From a virus: a DNA stretch of 64,000 bases. A program made the translations under genes and the position numbers. Location of the stretch: IMG/VR virus record IMGVR_UViG_3300017589_000061, positions 73,367 through 137,366 of that record; one strand, written 5' to 3'. Shown one piece after another: positions 35,300 to 46,172 of the stretch. Position 1 is the first letter of the stretch; each line of letters starts with the position of its first letter. The notes under the pieces were generated by a model. That model saw only the letters and a program-made list of their open reading frames with translations, searched no databases and had not been told where the DNA came from.

Positions 35300-37204
35300 A
35301 TGTATTTTAAAACAAATTATGACCAAGAATTTGACGATTTGTATATGCATTTAAAAGCAAAATATCCACAGAAATTATTTGATTTAGACGGGATAGGTAA
35401 ACAACTCGATATGTCTGAATTTAGTAAGAATTTCTTTTCTTCAAAAGTAACGGCAGATGCAAGTATTGATGCAAACGCAAATGTTGATGATATAAGTGTA
35501 ATTGCTTATAACACCGAATTACCTAAACCATTTTTTAGACTAAATAGTTATTATATACTGTGGAAAGAATTAAAAAGATTATATGGGCATGAAACAGCCA
35601 ATATAATTATAGAAATGCAACTTACGGGCGATATTTACATACATGATTTTCATGGTATTGGTGCAGGGATGCCTTATTGTTTCAACTATTCAACATATGA
35701 CGTTATGACAAAAGGACTGCCGATGGTTAAAAAGGTAAAGTCTTTGCCGCCTAAATACTTATATGCTTTTAAATCACAGTTAGAACAGTTTACAGTAATT
35801 GCATCTAATTCAACGTTGGGAGCTGCTGGATTAGCCGATGTACTTATAGTTATGAGCTATTATGTAAAAAACATATTAGAAACTAAATCAGATGCACATT
35901 TTACATTTGCTACAGAAGAAGATGTTTGGAAATATGTTAAAGAAAATCTTGTTTCTTTTATATATACAATTAATCAACCAATGAGAGCTAATCAATCACC
36001 ATTTACAAATGTAAGTGTTTATGATGGATATTTCTTAGAAAAATTATGTAACGATTATATATTTCCAGACGGTAGTAATCCAGATATTGAAATTGTTGAA
36101 AAAATACAAGCTATTTATTTAAATATTATGAATGAAGAATTAAGAAGAACGGCATTAACATTTCCTGTAACGACAGCTTGTTTTTCAATAGATGAAGAAA
36201 AAAATATAAAAGATGAAAAGTTTTTGAGATTTATATCGGAATATAATAAAGAGTTTGGATTTATCAATCTTTATTGTGGTAATACTTCAACGTTAAGTTC
36301 ATGTTGTAGACTTAGATCAGAACAAGGTTCAGAATACTTTAATTCATTTGGTAGTGGTTCAAGTAAGATTGGCAGTTTAGGTGTATGTTCAATAAACTTT
36401 CCAAGATTAGCAATTAAACATCCTAATATAGACGAATTCTTAATTGAATTAAAAAGAACGGTAGAAGTTTGTGCGAAAATTAATAATGCCAAAAGAAAAA
36501 TAGTAGATAAAAGAATTAAAAATGGAAACGAACCTTTATATACATACGGTTTTATGGAATTGTCCAAACAATATTCTACGGTTGGAGTAAATGGTTTTAA
36601 TGAATGTATTAATTTATTAGGCGAAGATATATTAGAAGAATCTGGACAACAATTAGCTTTAAAAATATTAGATGCAATAAATGCTACAAATGCTAAATTG
36701 CAAAAACAATATGATGCTCCACATAATTGCGAACAAGTTCCAGCAGAGAATATGAGTATTAAATTAGCAGATAAAGATAAATTGTTAGGTTATCAAAATA
36801 CATATGATATTTATAGTAATCAATTTATTCCTCTTACAACAAACGCTGACATATTGGACAGAATTAAATTACAGGGATTGTTTGATGGTCATTTTTCAGG
36901 CGGAGCAATATGCCATTTAAATGTTGATACTCAGATAGAAGATACTGAAAAAATAATGGATTTAATTAGAATTTCAGCCAAAAGGGGTGTTGTCTATTTT
37001 GCAATTAATTATGTTTTGTCTGAATGCGAAGATGGACACATGACAGTTAGTAATAATGAAGTTTGTAGTATCTGTGGAAAACCAATTGTTAACAAGTATA
37101 GTCGGGTGGTCGGATTTTTAACAAATATCAAAAATTGGCACAAAACTAGAAGAGAGTTAGATTTTCCAAATCGTCAATTTTATAAAGGGGTTGATTTAAA
37201 ATAA
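35300..37204 (+). CDS. nrdD: Anaerobic ribonucleoside-triphosphate reductase
   Basis: IYIHD, YC, SCCRL, PAE, GGAICH, Zn-binding Cys, C-terminal SRVVGF glycyl-radical motif. Confidence 0.93.
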   Translation: MYFKTNYDQEFDDLYMHLKAKYPQKLFDLDGIGKQLDMSEFSKNFFSSKVTADASIDANANVDDISVIAYNTELPKPFFRLNSYYILWKELKRLYGHETANIIIEMQLTGDIYIHDFHGIGAGMPYCFNYSTYDVMTKGLPMVKKVKSLPPKYLYAFKSQLEQFTVIASNSTLGAAGLADVLIVMSYYVKNILETKSDAHFTFATEEDVWKYVKENLVSFIYTINQPMRANQSPFTNVSVYDGYFLEKLCNDYIFPDGSNPDIEIVEKIQAIYLNIMNEELRRTALTFPVTTACFSIDEEKNIKDEKFLRFISEYNKEFGFINLYCGNTSTLSSCCRLRSEQGSEYFNSFGSGSSKIGSLGVCSINFPRLAIKHPNIDEFLIELKRTVEVCAKINNAKRKIVDKRIKNGNEPLYTYGFMELSKQYSTVGVNGFNECINLLGEDILEESGQQLALKILDAINATNAKLQKQYDAPHNCEQVPAENMSIKLADKDKLLGYQNTYDIYSNQFIPLTTNADILDRIKLQGLFDGHFSGGAICHLNVDTQIEDTEKIMDLIRISAKRGVVYFAINYVLSECEDGHMTVSNNEVCSICGKPIVNKYSRVVGFLTNIKNWHKTRRELDFPNRQFYKGVDLK

Positions 37205-37671
37205 ATATTTTAGCAACACAATATACTCTTGCTAATAAATCCTTTGAAATATATATGGCTGGCTGTAATGCCAGCCCACATTGTAAAGGTTGTCACTCTG
37301 AAGAATCGTGGGATTTCAATGCAGGAGAAGAAATTACAAGATTGTATTTTTCTAAAATGTGGCACAAAATAAAAGAATTTGATAATTTAATAGATAAGAT
37401 TTGGATTTTAGGCGGCGATCCCTTAGATAATGATATCGAAGAAATATATGAAATGGTTAATACCCTTTCATTATTAAATAAAGAAATATGGTTATTTACT
37501 AGATATTCATTGGAAGAAGTAAAAGTTAAATTAAAAAAATATATTAAAGTGTTTGATTATATTAAATGTGGTGCATATGAACAAGATTTAACAGTAGATG
37601 ATAATATTCAATATGGTGTTAAATTGGCAACAAGTAATCAAAAGATATATAAAAGAGGTGTTGATTATTGA
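37201..37671 (+). CDS. nrdG: Anaerobic RNR activating enzyme (radical SAM)
   Basis: GC....HCKGCHS, LGGDP, TSNQ; probably starts at ATA 37201 (first ATG 37255). Confidence 0.85.
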   Translation: MNILATQYTLANKSFEIYMAGCNASPHCKGCHSEESWDFNAGEEITRLYFSKMWHKIKEFDNLIDKIWILGGDPLDNDIEEIYEMVNTLSLLNKEIWLFTRYSLEEVKVKLKKYIKVFDYIKCGAYEQDLTVDDNIQYGVKLATSNQKIYKRGVDY

Positions 37672-38117
37672 GAGTTGATAAAGTAAATTACTACTTAAAT
37701 ATAGCACAAACGGTTTTACAACGTTCAACTTGTATCAGAAGAGCATATGGCTGTGTTATAACAAAAGATGATGTAATTGTATCCACTGGTTATAATGGTT
37801 CGTGTCGTGGAATGAAAAATTGTTCAGATATTGGAATTTGCAAAAGAGAAGAATTAAATATTCCAAGTGGAGAGAGATATGAATTATGTGTTTCTGTTCA
37901 CAGCGAACAAAATGCCATTATATCAGCGAAAACAGACCTAAAGGGTACTACACTATATCTAGTTGGAATTGATTCTAAAACAGGTGAGTTAAATCCTTTT
38001 ACAGAACCATGTTTGCTTTGCAAGAGATTGATTAAAAACAGTAATATTGAGAAGGTAATTATCAGAAGGACACCAACAGAATATGAAACACAATTAGTAG
38101 CTGATTGGGAATTATAA
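37668..38117 (+). CDS. dCMP deaminase
   Basis: RSTC, STGYNG, HSEQNA, PCLLC. Confidence 0.9.
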   Translation: MRVDKVNYYLNIAQTVLQRSTCIRRAYGCVITKDDVIVSTGYNGSCRGMKNCSDIGICKREELNIPSGERYELCVSVHSEQNAIISAKTDLKGTTLYLVGIDSKTGELNPFTEPCLLCKRLIKNSNIEKVIIRRTPTEYETQLVADWEL

Positions 38118-38609
38118 AGGGGATTAATATGGGAAAAGATTTTATAATAAAAGGAATTAAAAGTGTTAAATTTTTAAATAAAAACGGGAATGAAATACCA
38201 GATTCAAGAGATGTAGAGCCAATATTACAAGAAACAAAGTTAGATATTCCAATTATGGATTTAGTTTTGCATCATACTGTTATCCCATATGAATGGATGG
38301 GTAAAGAACCTTTTGTTAAATATGGTTATTTTGGCGGAAGTAGCCTTTGTGAAAGTTGGTTTTGGCGTGAAGATAAATTGAAAAAAGCTCCAGAAGTTGA
38401 TTTGTGGAAAATGTATGGATTGTGCAACGAGTATTGGCATCATGAATATGAATATTGGGATAGCAAACATGAAAAAGAATTTAGAGATTACAGACGAAGT
38501 AAAGGTGAAGATTTAAACAATTGGAATTTAGATTCAAGCAGCTTTGATATCTGCGATAACCATCCGATCAATTTAAGAATATTTGGAGATAGAAATGAAA
38601 AATAAAAGC

Positions 38610-38657
38610 ATTGAAATTTCAACGTTAAAAATTAGTATAATAAAAGAATAGTTTTAA
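38610..38657. repeat. Composite site: B + 16 bp + A (off-phase copy)
   Basis: ATTGAAATTTCAAC; ATAAAA-GAATAG-TTTTAA. Confidence 0.75.
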
Positions 38658-39830
38658 CTGCCGAAAGGAGAATGAAATGATTATTAAAAAAGGAAACGAA
38701 TTACCAGATAACCCAATGGGATCATTAACTTTAGAACCTAATTATATTGGAACACATGAAAATGGATGGACTATAACAGGTAAAATTAAAGAAGATTATT
38801 ATGAATGGGTAAATGAGTTTCATGCCATCAAAAATGGGAAAATTGTATTTGGAGATTTTGAAAGTCAAGTATATGCAAGTGATGAAGAAACATATCAAGA
38901 ATTTATTAAAGAATTCCCCCCGCATGCATGGGATTATGGTGATATATAAAGCAATGGTTTTATTAAAAAGGAGATGTTTAATGTGTGTTTATTTGAAATA
39001 TCAATGTAGGAATGGGAAGAAAAGGGGGATGTAGAAGGTCAAAAGAAATTAATGAATTTATTAAATGATTTAGATGGTATGATTAAGGATTGTTTAAAAT
39101 AGAATAATGCAATGTTTTTATTAGAAAAGTAGGGTAAATAATATGAAAATAATAATGATAATTTTTAGTGCTACTGTTGCAATTTTTTATGGAATATTAG
39201 CGTATATAGGTTTTATAAATAATTATAAGTTTGTGTATTCTAATATAATGGTTGCAATTACTTGGGGTGTTTTTTCTATATTATGGTTACGATTGTATTT
39301 AAACGATAAATAGATTAAATTAAAAGTGGGGGTACAAATTCCATCAGTATAATCAGAGTTATCTATACATAATTAAAACAATACAATTATAAACATGGTT
39401 TTAATCCCCACATAAAATTAAAAAGGAGAAAATAGAATGTATGTTAAAACTTATTTTGAAGCTAAAAGAGAAATGACGAATTATTGCGACAAAGGAACGT
39501 GCAATATGAATAATCCAAATTGCCCATTCAGTATTTTAAATAATGGAATGTATGTGAATTGTGTAAAATTAGAACAAGATTATCCTGAATCGGCACAAAT
39601 AATAATGAAACAATATTTAGATAAAAAGTTTCCTGAAGGTTATAGAATATGTATAAGAACGCACAAAGCTGAAAGTGTTTATAAATGCAATAAATATGAT
39701 TCTTGTATGGAATGTCAAAAGGTGGATAAAGAATTAGAGATGGTTGTAGATTTAATGGATCAAGCAATAACATTAAAAGAAATGCATGAAAGAATTTAAT
39801 GATAATTAAATTAAAAAATGAGAATAGGAT

Positions 39831-40082
39831 ATGAAAAAAGTAATAGCAGTTTTAATAATAGTTTTAATATTAGTAACATTAACAGCGTGTGGTAATCAAA
39901 CAATACTTGATACTCAATACACATTTGAAAAAGCTAAGATTGAATTTGGTGGCGAAATAATAGAAGTTAATGTAAAACAATGGAATGATTATGAAGATGG
40001 ATCATTTCAAATTATAGCCACCGATGGCAGAATATATCTTACTGATTACATAAATGTATTATTAATACATGAGGTGAAATAA
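39831..40082 (+). CDS. Small lipoprotein
   Basis: MKK + hydrophobic stretch + LTAC lipobox. Confidence 0.7.
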   Translation: MKKVIAVLIIVLILVTLTACGNQTILDTQYTFEKAKIEFGGEIIEVNVKQWNDYEDGSFQIIATDGRIYLTDYINVLLIHEVK

Positions 40083-40176
40083 ATGTTTATAAGTGCTGGT
40101 TCAATATTTGGATTATTTGTGATATTTATATATTATTTAGTAATATATAAATTAGGAAATAAATAAGGAGGATAAA

Positions 40177-40599
40177 ATGAAAATTAAATTAACATTACCA
40201 ACGGCAAAAATGCCACAAAGAGCTAATCCTACGGATGCAGGGTCAGATTTATTTGCTACTGAAGATGTTAAAATACCACCTAACTGTCATCATTTTATGG
40301 ATTTAGGTGTTCAGCTTGAAATTCCAGAAGGATATGTAGGTTTAATATTTGCTAGAAGTGGATTGGGATCAAAATATGGTATAAGACCAAGAAATTGTAC
40401 GGGTGTAATCGACTCTAAATATAGGGGAAATTTGGGTATGATGATTGAAAACGCAAATGATAATACATATACAATCATCAAAGGAGACAAAATTGCACAA
40501 TTAGTTTTATTACCGATAATTACACCAGAATTTGAAGTAGTTGATGAATTAGATACGACCAATGACAGAATGGGTGGATTTGGTCACACAGGAAAATAA
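40177..40599 (+). CDS. dut: dUTPase (trimeric)
   Basis: AGSDL, RSG, GVIDSKYRG, IAQL, R.GGFGHTG. Confidence 0.95.
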   Translation: MKIKLTLPTAKMPQRANPTDAGSDLFATEDVKIPPNCHHFMDLGVQLEIPEGYVGLIFARSGLGSKYGIRPRNCTGVIDSKYRGNLGMMIENANDNTYTIIKGDKIAQLVLLPIITPEFEVVDELDTTNDRMGGFGHTGK

Positions 40600-40622
40600 T
40601 ATGAATTAAATTAAAAAAGATG

Positions 40623-40651
40623 TTGACAATTTGTCCTGTTAAGATTATAAT
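40623..40651 (+). promoter_or_regulatory. SigA-type promoter
   Basis: TTGACA-17-TATAAT (perfect consensus). Confidence 0.85.
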
Positions 40652-40678
40652 ATTATCAAGAGGTGAGAAGAACTTTAA

Positions 40679-41242
40679 ATGGAAAAATCTAAAATATTAT
40701 TACTTGAAGGAGTATCGGGTTCGGGGAAAAGTACGTTGGGTGAATATCTTCAAACATTAGGAGTGTCCGAACTAATTTCTTGTACTACTAGACAACCACG
40801 AAAAGGAGAAATTCCTAATAAAACATATTATTATATAACAAAGGAACTATTCGATAATATCGATAAGTTGGAAAATACTTGTTATTCAGGGAATTATTAT
40901 TGTTTATCTCGGCAAGAAGTAGAACGACATAATGAAGAGTTAGTATATTGTATCGTGGACGAACAAGGCGTAAAACAAATCAGAGAAAATTATGGGGAAG
41001 AAAACGTAATAGTGATTTATGTCCACGTAACTATGAATCAGATGAAAGAGAGATTAAAAGCAAGAGGTGATTCAGAGGATGAAATTAAAAAAAGAATTGA
41101 TTATGCAATTACCAATGATGAAATGAATAAGGATCGTGAGTTAGCAGATTTTACAATTTACAATGACAATTTAGAAAAAAGCAAGGAGATATTAAAATAC
41201 ATAGTGAAGGGGATTTTAAGTGAAGAAGAAATTATTTTTTGA
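40679..41242 (+). CDS. gmk: Guanylate kinase-like protein
   Basis: GVSGSGKST, TTRQPRKGE, RLKARGD. Confidence 0.85.
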   Translation: MEKSKILLLEGVSGSGKSTLGEYLQTLGVSELISCTTRQPRKGEIPNKTYYYITKELFDNIDKLENTCYSGNYYCLSRQEVERHNEELVYCIVDEQGVKQIRENYGEENVIVIYVHVTMNQMKERLKARGDSEDEIKKRIDYAITNDEMNKDRELADFTIYNDNLEKSKEILKYIVKGILSEEEIIF

Positions 41243-41801
41243 TGTTGACAATACAATCTGCAACAGCACAAAACGTTTTGTAGAAATTTACAACAAAACA
41301 TATAATGCTAATGCAGATTGGACAAAGTGTTATCGGTGGGATTATTCAGATATTTGCCCACTACTAGAAGATTCAGAAGTAATATTTGCAAGAGAAGATT
41401 TTTATAAAGATATAGAATTTACAGACAAACTCATACAAAATGTAATAGGTATGTTATACCTAGAAAAGTATGATATAAATTTTATTACAATTGGTACAAA
41501 AGAAAATCTTAAATATAAGAAATTATGGTTGGAAGAAAATTTCCCAGTCATAAAAGAAGAGAATTATCATTTGTTGGAAAAAACAAGCATGGGTAAAGAA
41601 GAAATTTCCATGCAAGGTGGAATTTTAATTGATGATAATTACATTAACCTTTTAACAAGCAACGCAGATTTAAAAATATGTATGCATAAAGAAACCGAAT
41701 GGAATAAGGGTGTTGAAAAGAGTGGATTTATTAGATTACATAATAGTTCAGAATTATTTAGATATATATTGAAATTAGAAAGTGAGGAATTTAATGTATA
41801 A
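41220..41801 (+). CDS. 5'(3')-deoxyribonucleotidase-like HAD protein
   Basis: FDVDNT, K..WL..NFP, LIDD. Confidence 0.7.
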   Translation: MKKKLFFDVDNTICNSTKRFVEIYNKTYNANADWTKCYRWDYSDICPLLEDSEVIFAREDFYKDIEFTDKLIQNVIGMLYLEKYDINFITIGTKENLKYKKLWLEENFPVIKEENYHLLEKTSMGKEEISMQGGILIDDNYINLLTSNADLKICMHKETEWNKGVEKSGFIRLHNSSELFRYILKLESEEFNV

Positions 41802-42863
41802 GCATAACAAAAATGGATACTTCACACAAGAAGAATTGTTGGAATTTAAACATATGACCGATGAAGAATTTGAAGAAAAAATATTAAGACATTTTAATAC
41901 AAAAGATTTTAAATGCCCACCAGAAAAATATGAAACTGTACCATGTTTTTATTGTCAAACTTGCATGAGGAACACACGAATGTTAGTAAAGGAGAAAAAG
42001 TAATGAGTGGATACTTAAAAAAATACATTTCGAAATATAGAGTGAAGGCTGATTATGATTTAAGAACAAATGATTTTGTCCGCGATGAAGAAGGGAATTT
42101 AGATAAAAGTTTTGATGATTATTACATCCCATGTGCAAGTAAAGCAAAAATACGACATTACCAACAAAATATATTATTCTATTATTGTCCTTCGGTTGGT
42201 AGATTTAGAAATATATTAAAAAAGATATACGAAGATAAAATCGGCAGTTTAGAAAAATTTCAAACTGTATCAGTTTCCAAAAAAGGGGAACAACGAATTT
42301 CATTTGATGTCGAATCTATGTACAAAGAATTAGTAGCAGAAAAGGTAGTAGAATATATAGACGAAATGGAGGAAGAAGGAGAGTTTAGATTTAAAACAGA
42401 TTTGATGGAATACATAGCAAATATTGTTGGAGCAAAAACTTCTGGATCATCAATCAGTCCATTCTCTCCTAAAAATTTACCTAATAAAAAGATTGATATA
42501 CCCCTAGAAAATTTGACCAAATACAAAGAAATTATCAAAGATTTAGAAAAGAGTGAATTATTAGTGATTAATAGAATACAAAATCAATTTGATAAGGTTA
42601 TTCAAACTAAAAAAGGTAAGCTATATGACATAAACAAGGAAAGAAAATTATCATGTTTGTCAGGGAAGGAGTTTATCTATTCTATCGGATTGTTTGATGA
42701 TTATTTGAAATTTTTAAAAGATAAGGTATCGAAGTATCAAAAGGATAAAAACGTGCGTTAAAACGTAAATAAAAGACTTGTTTTATAATTTTGATATTCG
42801 AAAAATATTTAAATTTATTAGGGTGGCTGATTTAAAAATAAATTAAAAATACATTGTTATTAA

Positions 42864-42892
42864 TTGACAAAATTCGACAAAAGTGGTACAAT
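42864..42892 (+). promoter_or_regulatory. SigA-type promoter with extended -10
   Basis: TTGACA-17-TACAAT with TG; downstream gene likely starts at ATG 42918 after AGGAGG. Confidence 0.7.
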
Positions 42893-43481
42893 AAATTTAT
42901 TCACACTAGGAGGAAATATGTGTTTGAACTGTGAAAATAAGGGGTATAGTTATAGGTTGAAAATTAACGGACGAGGATGGGGTAGCAAATTTGACTTAGA
43001 AAACATAGAAATTCTTTTATGTAAAAATTGTATCAATGAATTAAATTTAAAAAGAGAATGGTTTAAAAACAAACGCAATAAAGATGGGGATTACGAACAT
43101 GAAGATGAATTAGAAGCTTTAATTGATAAGATTGGATTAAATAAAGTGTTATTGACAAACGTATGTTCGAGTAGTATAATGATGTTAAAATAATATAAAA
43201 AGGAAGGTATTGACAATTGGATAAATATTATTTATTTAAAGTTAGCATCAATGGGGATACGACAACAAGAAAATACGAACAAATTAAAAATGACAACGTT
43301 GAATACATAGCATATAACAAATTTCTAATCAACTGTTATACAAATATTGAAGAAAATGAAGATTACATCGCTTTTGTAAATAACCAAACAGCAATTATAG
43401 TATTAAGTGAAGATTGTTTTAATAAGAATGAACTAGAAGATGTTTTCGAAATATTATATGACAACTTATATATGAATAGGG

Positions 43482-43994
43482 GTGAGGAAGTTGAAGAAAA
43501 TAGTAATAGTGAATGGGTATCCAAAATCGGGTAAAACGGAATATGAATTGTTTTTAGCAAAACATACTAGATGTATTATTTATTCTTCTATAACACCAGT
43601 TAAAGAATACGCTAAAAAATATTTTGGATGGAGTGGTAACGAAGATGATAAGACTGAAGATTGGAGAAGATTTTTTTCAGAATTGAAACATATGCTTGTA
43701 GCCGAGTTTGACTACATCTTCAAAGATTTAAGTACTCAGGTTAATAAGTTTTACAGAGATACTAATGCTGAATTATTATTAATTGATAGTAGAGAACCAG
43801 AAGAAATTGAACGGTTTAAAAATCAATTCCAAGCAATAACAATATTTGTTAAAAATGATAGGGTGGAGAAAATTATGTCCAATGAATCTGATGCAAATGT
43901 AGAGAACTATAAGTATGATTATTATATAGATAATAATTCTTCGCTTGATGATTTAGAACAAAAAGCTATTGAATTTATTAAAGAATTAAATTAA
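43482..43994 (+). CDS. P-loop nucleotide kinase-like protein (dNMP kinase-like)
   Basis: NGYPKSGKT, IDSREPEE, YDYYIDNN. Confidence 0.6.
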   Translation: MRKLKKIVIVNGYPKSGKTEYELFLAKHTRCIIYSSITPVKEYAKKYFGWSGNEDDKTEDWRRFFSELKHMLVAEFDYIFKDLSTQVNKFYRDTNAELLLIDSREPEEIERFKNQFQAITIFVKNDRVEKIMSNESDANVENYKYDYYIDNNSSLDDLEQKAIEFIKELN

Positions 43995-43996
43995 AA

Positions 43997-44611
43997 TTGA
44001 GAGGACAGAATATGAAAACAAAAATTAATAAGATGGAAAATGATTGGATTAACATAAAAAACAAATGTAGGAATACTGTCAATAAAGAATATACAGACAA
44101 CGAACCTAAATCATTATTTAAAACAAAATTACTAATATCAGAACATTCTCCAATAAGATTATTAAAAGTAGATTGGAGTTGGAAAAATATATTTTCATGG
44201 ATTGCCACTCAATTTTCCAGATCAAAATGGGAGTGCTTTATATCAACTCGTAGAAGTGATAGAACTGGTATAGATAGAGGGGTGTTGTCTCAAAATGAAT
44301 TAGTTAATTTTGATGGAGAAGCTAATGCTCAAAATTTAATTGATACTGCGAGAAAAAGACTATGTTTTCAAGCAAGCAAAGAAACTAGAGAATTAATGGA
44401 AGATTTGAAAATAACACTAAGGGAAACTGAGCCAGAATTAGCTGATGTACTAGTTCCAAATTGTATATATCGTTGCTCCTGTCCCGAATTTGAAGAATGT
44501 GGATATTTTAAACATATAAAAGAATTATTGACAAAAGACGAATTAATTGATATTAAATTGAGATATCATTTATATAATGTATATTTTTATGAAAATAATA
44601 AATTAAGTTAA
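43997..44611 (+). CDS. thyX: ThyX-like flavin-dependent thymidylate synthase
   Basis: SEHSPIR, RSDR, RKRLC..AS.ETR, C-terminal CIYR..CPE. Confidence 0.65.
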   Translation: MRGQNMKTKINKMENDWINIKNKCRNTVNKEYTDNEPKSLFKTKLLISEHSPIRLLKVDWSWKNIFSWIATQFSRSKWECFISTRRSDRTGIDRGVLSQNELVNFDGEANAQNLIDTARKRLCFQASKETRELMEDLKITLRETEPELADVLVPNCIYRCSCPEFEECGYFKHIKELLTKDELIDIKLRYHLYNVYFYENNKLS

Positions 44612-45580
44612 AAATTATCTTTTATCGGGAGGATTAAAATGAGTAGTTGGAATGGAAAAATAATATGTACGCAAAGTTTTTATGGTAATGTTTTTAATGA
44701 ACAAGAAATTTATAATATTAAAAATGGTTGTTTCCAAAAGGGGATATTTGATAAAGAATTTGAGAATATAGATGAAATAAATAGTTACTTTTCGGCTAAA
44801 TTTGAAGAAATTACAGAAAATAATTATGTTAACCTAAATAAACGTTGCAATTACAACGTTTCTAAAAGTGATTTACCTAATAAAATCCCTGTTTTATGTG
44901 AAATTTTAAATGTTGAACCACTGAAAAAATTTGGCATTCAATTATCCAAAGAGAAATATTATATTGATACATACGGACACTTATTGACTGAATGTGGAAC
45001 AAGTAAAGATGAATATGTTCCATATCTAATTTCAGGCGAATATAAAATAGTAAAATTGCCATTTTATTCGTTTGCTGAAGATGAAAGGATTATTATGAAA
45101 GGTTTATTATTGAATGATTATAATTACATAGCAAGAGATGAAGATAATGATTTATGGGCTTATCAACTTAAACCTTTGGAAGATGAATCAGGCGAATATG
45201 ATGCTGATGATGGAGATTTTTCAAAACTAAACAATGGATTCTTTAAACAAGTCCAATGGGGAAATGTACTTGACATTAAAGCTGAAATTGATAGATTAAA
45301 TTAAAAGGAGAGTATTATGATAAGTTTATACATATATAGCATTTTAATTACAATGGTAGCTTTTATTCTTATATGGATTCTTTACCAATCAAATGAAGAA
45401 ATTAAAAATTTAAAAAAAACAAGTGAATGGACAATTAATTATATAAGAAAATTTTATGAAGGAAACATTGAGTATTATGACGAAAAAATTAAACAGTGTG
45501 AAAATCAAATTTGTGAAGATACTGATTTAATTAATAAATTAAGAAAAGAATATCAGAGGTTAAAAGATAGCAAATGGTAG

Positions 45581-45608
45581 TTGACAAGAAGGTTTAATAT
45601 GGTACAAT
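45581..45608 (+). promoter_or_regulatory. SigA-like promoter with no downstream ORF
   Basis: TTGACA-16-TACAAT with TG before the -10. Confidence 0.5.
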
Positions 45609-45640
45609 GTAGTATATATGACAATCTTTATATTATTTGC

Positions 45641-45688
45641 AAAAAAAAATAAGGATACCGAGTTTTTAGCTCAAAGTATCCTTATTTT
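45641..45688. terminator. Bidirectional intrinsic terminator at the strand convergence point
   Basis: 13-bp stem AAAATAAGGATAC/GTATCCTTATTTT with A-run upstream. Confidence 0.8.
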
Positions 45689-45713
45689 AGTATTAAATTT
45701 CGTGATTTATCTT

Positions 45714-46172
45714 TTAATTTAATTCATCGTCATATTCAAATATATATTCAACCGAAGGCGATTTGCCTTTTATATATTCCATTTTTAAATTAACATCTTT
45801 AATTTGTATATAACTATCATCTTCTAATAATCCATACTTAGTCATAGGATCAAGATAAAACTTTAAACATATACAATAATTATCATAATCTCTGCGAATA
45901 CGATTATGCCAAATAAAGTGTACGGTCAGTGTACAATCTTTTAATTTTAACGAAGGAATATTGTAATAGTGTAGCACCCACTCAACAAATTCCGAATACT
46001 TCACCTTTTCTCCAGCTTGTACGATACGAACCATTGCAGTAAATTCATTGAGTGATATTGCAGTTGGTTTAAGTTTTAAGACTTTCCTTCTTGGATATTT
46101 CTTAAAATAATACTCTGTATATTTATCTACCATTTCTTGGTTGAATAATATTCTCACTTCTTTTTTAGCCAT
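45714..46172 (-). CDS. rusA: RusA-like Holliday junction resolvase
   Basis: SLN, RRDYDN...K...D......LEDDS. Confidence 0.7.
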   Translation of the reverse strand: MAKKEVRILFNQEMVDKYTEYYFKKYPRRKVLKLKPTAISLNEFTAMVRIVQAGEKVKYSEFVEWVLHYYNIPSLKLKDCTLTVHFIWHNRIRRDYDNYCICLKFYLDPMTKYGLLEDDSYIQIKDVNLKMEYIKGKSPSVEYIFEYDDELN

